Shown here in pieces: positions 1 through 7,371 of a stretch of 47,591 nucleotides of DNA. Each line of letters opens with the position of its first letter. Position 1 is the stretch's first letter. The notes below the pieces were generated by a model. The model made no database searches. It was not told the DNA's origin and worked only from the letters and a program-made list of their open reading frames with translations. The DNA comes from an uncultured Gammaproteobacteria bacterium (GTDB taxonomy: Bacteria; Patescibacteriota; Patescibacteriia; Magasanikbacterales; GWA2-37-8): positions 1-47,591 of the forward strand of contig CAZEYR010000003.1 of assembly GCA_964516735.1 (NCBI GenBank), given 5' to 3'. The translations under genes and the position numbers were made by a program.

Positions 1-26
1 AGCGGGGCGTTTTTTGTTTGTTCTAA

Positions 27-55
27 TTGACATTTTCTAATTTTTTATGTAAACT
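27..55 (+). promoter_or_regulatory. putative sigma70-type promoter upstream of tig
   Basis: TTGACA (27-32), 17-nt spacer, TAAACT (50-55). Confidence 0.4.
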
Positions 56-124
56 CCCTATACTTTTAACAGATTTTGGACAATGTAGTTTTTAAGACCG
101 CGTCGCCCAAATAAATTATAAAAT

Positions 125-1411
125 ATGGAATACATCGTAAAAAAATTAGAAAAAGGACAAGTAGAATTAACGGTTACTGTTACCCCGGTTGATTATAAAC
201 ACGCCATGGAACATACGGCTGAGGCTATTTCTGAACGAGCCGCTATTAAGGGTTTCCGTCCAGGCAAAGCTCCTTACAACATTGTTAAAGAACAAGTTGG
301 TGAAGGAAAAATAATGGAAGAATCTTTAGAACACATCGTCCAAGAAAATTATTTTGAAGCTTTAGAAAAAGAAAAATTAAACACTGTCGGCGAACCAAAA
401 ATTACTATTGAAAAAATGGCCCCGGGCAATGATTTAATTTTTAAAGCGGTGGTTGCCCTGTTTCCCAAAGTAACTTTGGCCGATTTGTCAAAAATCTCTG
501 TACAGAGAAAAACTCCAAATGTAGAAAAAAAACAAGTAGATGAGGTTTTAGAAAATTTACAAAAAATGCAACGAATAGAAAAAATCAAGTCTGGTGCCGC
601 CAAAAAAGAAGACAAGGTAGTAATCGATTTAGAAATGTTTATTGATAAGGTGCCGATGGAGGGTGGCCAAGCCAAAGATCACCAAGTCTATTTAAGCGAA
701 GATCATTATATTAAAGGTTTAAACGAACAGTTGGTCGGTCTCAAAAAAGATGATACCAAAGAATTTTCTTTAAAATTCCCAGAAGATCACTATCAAAAAT
801 TGTTTGCCGGTAAAGATGTTGATTTTAAAGTAAAAGTTAAAGAAGTAATGGAATTGGCCTACCCGGAATTAAACGATGATTTGGCCAAAAAACTCGGCCA
901 AGAAAGTATGATGAAATTAACCGAGCTTTTACAAAACAACTTACTACAAGAAGCCGAAAAAAAAGAAGATCAAAGGGTGGAAATAGAAATATTAGAAAAA
1001 ATAATGGCAGAAACAAAATTTGAAGATGTACCAGAAATTTTGATTGAATCGGAAAAACACAAAATGTTTCACGAACTAAAACACAGTTTGGATCGTCAAG
1101 GGGTCAGTATTGAAGATTATATGAAAGACCTCAAAAAAACCGAAGAACAAATCTTCCATGATTTTTCCGAACAAGCCGATAAACGCGCCAAGGCCGCCCT
1201 CATTTCTTATCAAGTAGCCACTGATAATGGTATCAAAGTAGAAAAAAATGAAATCGATGAGGAGATGGCTTTAGTCAAATCTACCTATAAAGACGATGAC
1301 AAGATAGAAGAAAACCTAAAACGCCGCGAGGTGGTAGAAGCAATAATCAACATGATCCAAAATCGCAAAGTAATGAAATTTTTAAAGGAAAAAATACTCA
1401 AAATCGCCTAA
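125..1411 (+). CDS. tig: trigger factor
   Basis: 428-aa ORF with the N-terminal ribosome-binding signature GFRPGKAP. Length and the charged helical C-terminal arms are typical of trigger factor. Confidence 0.9.
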   Translation: MEYIVKKLEKGQVELTVTVTPVDYKHAMEHTAEAISERAAIKGFRPGKAPYNIVKEQVGEGKIMEESLEHIVQENYFEALEKEKLNTVGEPKITIEKMAPGNDLIFKAVVALFPKVTLADLSKISVQRKTPNVEKKQVDEVLENLQKMQRIEKIKSGAAKKEDKVVIDLEMFIDKVPMEGGQAKDHQVYLSEDHYIKGLNEQLVGLKKDDTKEFSLKFPEDHYQKLFAGKDVDFKVKVKEVMELAYPELNDDLAKKLGQESMMKLTELLQNNLLQEAEKKEDQRVEIEILEKIMAETKFEDVPEILIESEKHKMFHELKHSLDRQGVSIEDYMKDLKKTEEQIFHDFSEQADKRAKAALISYQVATDNGIKVEKNEIDEEMALVKSTYKDDDKIEENLKRREVVEAIINMIQNRKVMKFLKEKILKIA

Positions 1412-1423
1412 TCAACAATAATA

Positions 1424-1450
1424 AAATACAGGCTCCGGCCTGTATTTTAT
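1424..1450 (+). terminator. intrinsic terminator after tig
   Basis: Stem AAATACAGGC/GCCTGTATTT with loop TCCG, followed by a T-run. Confidence 0.6.
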
Positions 1451-1494
1451 TATTTCTCACTTTTTGTTATACTAACTTTACTAACCAAATTTTT

Positions 1495-2331
1495 ATGCTT
1501 TTTGGAGCTCATGTTTCAATCGCCGGCGCTCTCACCAACGCTCCGGTCAACGCCAAAAAAATTGGCTGCGAGGTTTTTCAAATCTTTACCAGATCACCCC
1601 AAGGAGGCCATATACCGCCTTGCGACCAAAAAATCGGTGCTAAATTTAAAAAAACCTGTCAAGAAAATCAGCAAAAAGAATGGTATGTCCACGCCCCATA
1701 TTTTATAAATTTTGCTTCAGCCAACAATCGCATTTATCGCGGATCAATCTATACTATTCGACAAGAGCTAGAAAGAGCCAACCTGCTTGGGGCCAAATAT
1801 TTAATGACCCACCTTGGTAGCTATAAAGATCTTGGCGAAAAAGCTGGTTTCAAACAGCTTGTTTCCGGGCTAAGCGATGTTTTAAAAGACTACACCGGTG
1901 AAACCAAGTTTTTAATAGAAATTTCAGCCGGCTCTGGAAAAATAATTGGTGACACTTTTGAAGAAATTGCCGAAATAATCCACCATCCCAAATTAAAAAA
2001 ATATAAGCTGGGAGTTTGTTATGACACTCAGCATGGCTTTGCCTCTGGTTATGATATTCGCGATACCGAATCCGCCACAGAAACTTTAACAAAATTTGAT
2101 CAAACAATCGGACTAAAAAATCTTAAACTGTCCCATTGTAACGACTCGCTCACCGAAATCAACTCGCATAAAGACCGCCACGCTCATCTGGGCGAAGGCT
2201 TGATCGGCAAAAATGGTTTTACAGCGTTGCTTCGTCATACAAAACTACCTGACATCAATTTTATTTGTGAAACCTCATCTGACAAAGTCGCGCAGGATAT
2301 TAAATTATTAAAAAAAATAAGAGTCTCCTAA
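1495..2331 (+). CDS. nfo: deoxyribonuclease IV (AP endonuclease family 2, Endo IV)
   Basis: 278 aa. N-terminal FGAHVS, then HAPYFIN, THLGS and the C-terminal HDRHAHLGEG pattern typical of Endo IV TIM-barrel enzymes. Confidence 0.85.
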   Translation: MLFGAHVSIAGALTNAPVNAKKIGCEVFQIFTRSPQGGHIPPCDQKIGAKFKKTCQENQQKEWYVHAPYFINFASANNRIYRGSIYTIRQELERANLLGAKYLMTHLGSYKDLGEKAGFKQLVSGLSDVLKDYTGETKFLIEISAGSGKIIGDTFEEIAEIIHHPKLKKYKLGVCYDTQHGFASGYDIRDTESATETLTKFDQTIGLKNLKLSHCNDSLTEINSHKDRHAHLGEGLIGKNGFTALLRHTKLPDINFICETSSDKVAQDIKLLKKIRVS

Positions 2332-2332
2332 T

Positions 2333-3106
2333 ATGAAAAAAGAAACCGCCGCCGCCCTTAAGATCATCCAACAAGCTAATCTTCTTTTAGTTAAAAACTT
2401 TCAGACTCTGGGATTAAAAAAAGTACAATTTAAATCAAATGAAGAAATCGTTACCAATGTCGATTTTTTAGCCGATCAATTAATTACAAAAAAATTAATC
2501 CAAATGTTTCCGACCGACAATATTATCAGTGAGGAATCAGAAAAAATAAACAAAAAAAGCGAATATACTTGGTATGTTGATCCTTTAGATGGCACCACCA
2601 ATTACTCCCTTGGTTTGCGGGATTTTTCTACCTGTTTAGCTCTTGTTAAAAATAAACAAATTATTTCTGGCGTCATTGGCATTCCCTTGGCTAAAGAATT
2701 ATATTGGGCCGAACAAAACACTCCGGCTTTTTTAAACGGCCAACCCATCCACGTTTCTGTCGCACAAAAAAACAGGCCGCGCTATATGCTTTTGTTGTGC
2801 GGTGGACACTCTGCTGCCGGACAGTCTAATTTTAAAAAGGTTGTTGCCCAATTAAATCCAAAGATTTTTCGATTCCGCATTTTATCTTCAGCCGGAATTG
2901 AAACCACGGCCGTTGCTTGTGGTCGAGCTGACGGTTTTATTTCTCCAGATATTCGACCTTGGGATGTTTTGCCCGGTGTTTTACTGGTTCGAGCCGCTGG
3001 CGGACGCGTTACTAATTTCAAAGGCGAAGAATGGGGGATAGAGGATAAAAACATTGTTGCTTCCAACGGTTTAATTCACAAAAAATTATTAGAATTGGTT
3101 AAATAA
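2333..3106 (+). CDS. inositol monophosphatase family protein
   Basis: WYVDPLDGTTNY metal-binding motif and a downstream PWD..PG motif; 257 aa. Confidence 0.85.
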   Translation: MKKETAAALKIIQQANLLLVKNFQTLGLKKVQFKSNEEIVTNVDFLADQLITKKLIQMFPTDNIISEESEKINKKSEYTWYVDPLDGTTNYSLGLRDFSTCLALVKNKQIISGVIGIPLAKELYWAEQNTPAFLNGQPIHVSVAQKNRPRYMLLLCGGHSAAGQSNFKKVVAQLNPKIFRFRILSSAGIETTAVACGRADGFISPDIRPWDVLPGVLLVRAAGGRVTNFKGEEWGIEDKNIVASNGLIHKKLLELVK

Positions 3107-3108
3107 TT

Positions 3109-3333
3109 ATGAAAATACCCATCAAAGTCTTGCCACGCTCTTCAAAAAATGAGGTCATTGGAGAAATGTCCGACAAAACCCTCAAGGTTAAATTAACCGC
3201 CCCACCGATAGACGGCGCGGCCAACCAAGCCCTAATCAATCTACTGAGCGACGAGTACAACGTGCCAAAAAGCAAAATAAAAATAGTCAGGGGTCTGACT
3301 AGTAAAAATAAACTAATAGAAATTTTAGATTAG
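3109..3333 (+). CDS. DUF167 / YggU-family small protein
   Basis: 74 aa. The pattern LKVKLTAPPIDGAAN..L...L......KSKIKIV.G..S..K matches the UPF0235 family. Confidence 0.7.
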   Translation: MKIPIKVLPRSSKNEVIGEMSDKTLKVKLTAPPIDGAANQALINLLSDEYNVPKSKIKIVRGLTSKNKLIEILD

Positions 3334-3587
3334 GGCAAATCCATTCCTCCTTTGCTCCACGGATTACACCTCACGACACGCCAAACGGTTTTTGGGATTC
3401 CCACCAACAAACCGTTTTTTAATATTGTTTGCTTACCATATTCGCTACAACTTGGATAAAAACGACAATAACCATGCGGAAACAAAAATTTTAGGGGACC
3501 ATGATCAAAAGACAGTGTTTTTTGATAAAAAATTATCAACCAAACTATTAGCCAACGCGGTAATTTTAAAAATTTTTTATAATTCAT
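3330..3587 (-). CDS. yidD: membrane protein insertion efficiency factor YidD
   Basis: CRFYPSCSEY ... RCNPWSKGGMDLP motif; sits directly downstream of rnpA. Confidence 0.85.
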   Translation of the reverse strand: MNYKKFLKLPRWLIVWLIIFYQKTLSFDHGPLKFLFPHGYCRFYPSCSEYGKQTILKNGLLVGIPKTVWRVVRCNPWSKGGMDLP

Positions 3588-3589
3588 AT

Positions 3590-3979
3590 TTATTTTAACC
3601 TAGCGCGCTTCACCAAATTATTTATATCCTCTTCTATCTCTCTATAGTCGCTTTTAAGCGCTTCTTTCTTGGTTATCACTAAAACATACCACCCGTCGGA
3701 AATTTTTTGGTCTTTTATTAAAATTCTAAATACTTCGCTGACCTGACGACGCAATCTATTTCTTACTACCGCACTTTTAGAGATCTTTAATCCCACCGAA
3801 AAAGCCACCAACAACTGTTTAGCAAAGTATTCTGGTTTAATTTTTTTAGGGCATAGTCCGACATTGTTTTTTAAGTCCAAAACTTTTAAATCAAAAAGTT
3901 GGCCGCTAATCCAACGACCTTTTTTCATTAAAAGATTAAAATCTCGATCTTTTTTTAAGCGATTACTTTGATCCAACAT
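3590..3979 (-). CDS. rnpA: ribonuclease P protein component
   Basis: 129-aa basic protein with the RNR motif (VVRNRLRRQVSE) in classic rpmH-rnpA-yidD order next to dnaA. Confidence 0.8.
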   Translation of the reverse strand: MLDQSNRLKKDRDFNLLMKKGRWISGQLFDLKVLDLKNNVGLCPKKIKPEYFAKQLLVAFSVGLKISKSAVVRNRLRRQVSEVFRILIKDQKISDGWYVLVITKKEALKSDYREIEEDINNLVKRARLK

Positions 3980-3985
3980 ATCAAT

Positions 3986-3994
3986 ATTATACCA
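3986..3994 (-). promoter_or_regulatory. extended -10 element (TGGTATAAT) 6 nt upstream of the rnpA ATG
   Basis: The reverse complement of 3980-3994 reads TGGTATAATATTGAT followed by ATG. This implies a leaderless or near-leaderless transcript. Confidence 0.45.
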
Positions 3995-4006
3995 TAAAAA
4001 GATATT

Positions 4007-4035
4007 AAAACCCGCTTTTGGAAGGCGGGTTTTTA
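4007..4035 (-). terminator. hairpin terminator between rpmH and rnpA
   Basis: AAAACCCGC / GCGGGTTTT stem with A/T runs on both sides. Confidence 0.5.
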
Positions 4036-4049
4036 CTTTTACACGAATT

Positions 4050-4229
4050 TTATTTTCTTTTTCTCAACAATTTACCTTTTTTCTCGTCGGAAACAGTTAG
4101 TTTTTTGCGCCCTTTTTTGCGACGGCGACTTAAGACTTCGCGCCCTTGTTTAGTAGACATTCTCTTTAAAAAACCATGGGATTTTGCCCGTTTTTTCTTT
4201 TTTGGTTGATAGGTTCTTTTGGTTGCCAT
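4050..4229 (-). CDS. rpmH: 50S ribosomal protein L34 with C-terminal extension
   Basis: Absent from the ORF track (59 aa). Manual translation gives [59 protein letters not shown]. The first 45 or so residues match the L34 consensus (KRTYQP..KR....HGF..RM.T..GR.VL..RR.KGRK.L). Confidence 0.85.
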   Translation of the reverse strand: MATKRTYQPKKKKRAKSHGFLKRMSTKQGREVLSRRRKKGRKKLTVSDEKKGKLLRKRK

Positions 4230-4336
4230 ACGAAGAAATTATTTATTTAACAAAGTTATTATACACCATTTTTCGCAAAAAGTCAAACATTCAGCCTTTT
4301 TTAAGCAAAAAACTAACCCAAAAATCCATACACAGC

Positions 4337-4345
4337 TTATCCACA
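4337..4345 (+). promoter_or_regulatory. perfect DnaA box TTATCCACA upstream of dnaA
   Basis: Exact 9-mer about 95 nt upstream of the dnaA start. Confidence 0.6.
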
Positions 4346-4440
4346 CCTTCCCCACATCTCTAAAAATTTTAGGATTTGATATGTTCATTTTTTACTGATA
4401 AAATAGAGCAAAATCAAAATTATCTAACCAACTAAAACTT

Positions 4441-5862
4441 ATGAATACCAACGAAGTTTGGCGCGCTGTCTTAGCCGAGCTCGAGCTTTCTATTTCCAAA
4501 GCTAATTTTATCACGTGGTTTAAAAATACTGGAATTATTTCACTACAAGACGGCAACGTTTCGTTGTGTGTTCCCAACACCTTTACCCGTGCTTGGTTAG
4601 AAAAAAAATACCACCAAGCTATTATTAAATCACTAGAAAGAATTACCAGTAAACCCATCAAAAAACTAGAATATAAAATAGAAAACATAAAAAACGTTCC
4701 GGAACAAAGTATAAACCCGGCATCTCAACCAAAAAATGATGAATTAAACTCTTTTCACAGCAACCCACCCCAGCCTTCTTCTACTGTTTCCACTCGTTTT
4801 TCTACGCCACCCACTAGCTCCAGCGGTAGTTTTACCCTTAATTCCAAATATACTTTTGATAATTTCGTGGTCGGAAAAGGCACTGAGTTAGCTTTTGCCG
4901 CCGCCCAAGCTGTTACTAATCGGCCCGGCGAAGCCTATAATCCACTTTTTATCTATGGTGGCGTCGGTTTAGGAAAAACCCATCTTTTACAAGCTATCGG
5001 CAATACTTTGCTTAAAAACAACCCTAGTTGCAACATTATGTACACTAGCGCCGAAAAATTTTCTAATGATTTTATCTCTTCAATCAAAGACGGCACCGCT
5101 AAAGAGTTTCAAAACCGCTATCGCCATATCGACCTGCTTTTAATTGACGATATTCAATTTATTGCCGGCAAAGACCGCACCCAAGAATCCTTTTTTCATA
5201 CTTTCAATGACCTACACCAACAAAACAAACAGGTAGTTTTAACCTCTGACCGCCCACCAAAAGCCATTCCCGCCTTAGAAGACCGTTTAAAATCACGTTT
5301 TGAGTGGGGAATGATCGCGGATGTCGCCGCTCCTGATCTAGAAACCAGAATTGCTATTCTGGAAAAGAAAAGTGTTGAAAAAAATTACCCTCTTGAGAAA
5401 GACATTATTGAAACCATCGCCACTATCGTCCAAAACAACATTCGTGAGCTGGAAGGCTCTTTAAACAAAGTTATCGCCTATCACCAGCTCAAAAACGCTG
5501 TACCATCAAAAGAATCAGTAAAAAACCTATTATCCAGCTCGGAAAACACTTCTATGCGCCGCTCTTTAACATCTCAACAACTTATCACCACAGTTTCTTC
5601 GTTCTATAACATTACTACCGACGATATTTTGTCTAAAAACCGTGAAAAAAAACTTTCTTTTCCTCGCCAAATCATCATGTACTTAATGCGCGAAGATTTA
5701 AAAATGTCTTATCCGGCTATCGGCGACGAACTAGGAGGTCGCGATCACACCACTGCTATGCATGCCCACACCAAGATCGCTAGCGAAATCGAAAACGATT
5801 TAAAATTAAAACAAGAAATCGAGCTAATTAAGCAAAAATTATACATTAACAACCAAAATTAA
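4441..5862 (+). CDS. dnaA: chromosomal replication initiator DnaA
   Basis: 473 aa. Walker A GGVGLGKTHL, LLIDDIQF, a sensor region, and a C-terminal DNA-binding helix with GGRDHTT. Confidence 0.95.
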   Translation: MNTNEVWRAVLAELELSISKANFITWFKNTGIISLQDGNVSLCVPNTFTRAWLEKKYHQAIIKSLERITSKPIKKLEYKIENIKNVPEQSINPASQPKNDELNSFHSNPPQPSSTVSTRFSTPPTSSSGSFTLNSKYTFDNFVVGKGTELAFAAAQAVTNRPGEAYNPLFIYGGVGLGKTHLLQAIGNTLLKNNPSCNIMYTSAEKFSNDFISSIKDGTAKEFQNRYRHIDLLLIDDIQFIAGKDRTQESFFHTFNDLHQQNKQVVLTSDRPPKAIPALEDRLKSRFEWGMIADVAAPDLETRIAILEKKSVEKNYPLEKDIIETIATIVQNNIRELEGSLNKVIAYHQLKNAVPSKESVKNLLSSSENTSMRRSLTSQQLITTVSSFYNITTDDILSKNREKKLSFPRQIIMYLMREDLKMSYPAIGDELGGRDHTTAMHAHTKIASEIENDLKLKQEIELIKQKLYINNQN

Positions 5863-6196
5863 TTTTGTTTTGCTCTTTTTATCTTTAATCTTAGCCAAAA
5901 AATACGATTATCTGCAAATTTTAAATAAGTGTGAATAACCTGTTAACAAACTGTAAATAAGTCTGTGCAATAGTTGTAAAATTATCAACACCAAAGTGGA
6001 CAAGTTGGTTAAATTTTATCATCGACCAACTTATACACTTTTCTGTAAACTTTTCATTCACAACCTACCCACAAGCACACTTACCAACTTTTGCCTTACT
6101 TAACACAAAAATAAAACTTATTCACTTTATCCACACTATTATTAATATTATTATTTATCTATATATACATAAAATATAATCTTATAATAAATAACT
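5863..6196. other. candidate oriC (dnaA-dnaN intergenic region)
   Basis: DnaA-box-like 9-mers: TGTGAATAA 5930-5938, AGTGGACAA 5995-6003, TTATACACT 6031-6039, TCATTCACA 6054-6062. Tandem TTATTCACT (6118-6126) plus perfect TTATCCACA (6127-6135) follow, then an almost pure A/T stretch at 6136-6196. Confidence 0.7.
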
Positions 6197-7315
6197 ATGA
6201 AATTTTCCTGCACTAGGGACAATTTGGCCCAAGCACTATCTTTGGTAAGTGGTATCGCTACCAAAAGTAATAATTTACCGATTCTAGCCAACGTGCTTTT
6301 AAAGGTAGATTCACAAAAAGTGGAAATAGCAGCTACTAATTTAGAGGTGGCAGTGGTAGTCAATGTTCGAGCTAAAATTGAAAAAGAGGGAAGTTATACT
6401 GTACCAGCCAGAACATTGGCCGATTATGTAAATCTGTTATCTGATGAAAAAATAGATTTGGAATTAAAAGAAAACGAATTGTGGGTAGTTTGTGGAAAAA
6501 CATCTACAAAAATTAAAGGGTCGCCAGCTGATGAATATCCGGTTATACCGGCAGCCGACAATGGAAAAGGCTATGTGATTAAGTCTGATGAGTTAAAAAA
6601 GGGGTTATCGCAGGTGTCGGGGGCGGCAGCTAAAAGTGATATTCGACCAGAGTTGTCCGGTGTGTTGTTTAGTCTTATGTCCACCGGTTTAACTATGGCC
6701 GCCACTGACAGCTATCGTTTGGCGGAAAAAAGGATTCCATTATTACAAGGAAGTGATGAAAGTCGGGTAATAGTACCGGGTCGCACCGCTCATGAGATTA
6801 GTCATATTTTGTCTGGGGTTGATAGTATTGAAGAAGGAGAGAAAAACGTTCGGGTGTTAATAAGTGATAGCCAGATAATAGTGCATTATGGAAACGTGCA
6901 ATTAATTTCTCGATTGGTGGATGGGCAATACCCAGACTATACCCAAATTATTCCCAAAGAGTATAAAACCATAGCTGAGTTTTCTACGAACAAAATGACC
7001 AAGGAGGTAAAAGCGGCCAGCCTCTTCACTACGACTGGTATAAACGCAATTTCAGTCGATTTAAACACATCCCAGGGGTCGATTGGCATCTCCTCTACAT
7101 CTACTCAAACCGGTGAATACAATTCAGAAATTTCTGCTGAGATAAAAGGTGAAGAAAATTCAGTTTTGTTAAATCACCGTTATGTTTTAGACGGGTTGGG
7201 AAATATGGAAAAAGAAACCACTGTAATGAAAGTGGTAAATGCTGATAACCCTTGTTTATTTTTGTCAAAAGACGATGATAGTTATTTGTATATAGTAATG
7301 CCAATTAGACAATAG
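6197..7315 (+). CDS. dnaN: DNA polymerase III beta sliding clamp
   Basis: 372 aa, directly downstream of dnaA. N-terminal MKF.C....L and an overall three-domain length. Confidence 0.95.
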   Translation: MKFSCTRDNLAQALSLVSGIATKSNNLPILANVLLKVDSQKVEIAATNLEVAVVVNVRAKIEKEGSYTVPARTLADYVNLLSDEKIDLELKENELWVVCGKTSTKIKGSPADEYPVIPAADNGKGYVIKSDELKKGLSQVSGAAAKSDIRPELSGVLFSLMSTGLTMAATDSYRLAEKRIPLLQGSDESRVIVPGRTAHEISHILSGVDSIEEGEKNVRVLISDSQIIVHYGNVQLISRLVDGQYPDYTQIIPKEYKTIAEFSTNKMTKEVKAASLFTTTGINAISVDLNTSQGSIGISSTSTQTGEYNSEISAEIKGEENSVLLNHRYVLDGLGNMEKETTVMKVVNADNPCLFLSKDDDSYLYIVMPIRQ

Positions 7316-7326
7316 TTGGTAATAGT

Positions 7327-7357
7327 AAAAAACCACTTACGATTAGGTGGTTTTTTG
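7327..7357. terminator. bidirectional hairpin terminator between dnaN and the PBP gene
   Basis: AAAAAACCACTTA cgat TAGGTGGTTTTTT. Confidence 0.6.
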
Positions 7358-7371
7358 TTTGCTTAATTTGA

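Noticed and set aside
4018-4209. 63-aa plus-strand ORF
   Set aside because: It lies antisense to the clearly recognisable rpmH (L34) gene, and its Phe/Leu-rich translation is a mirror of Lys codons.
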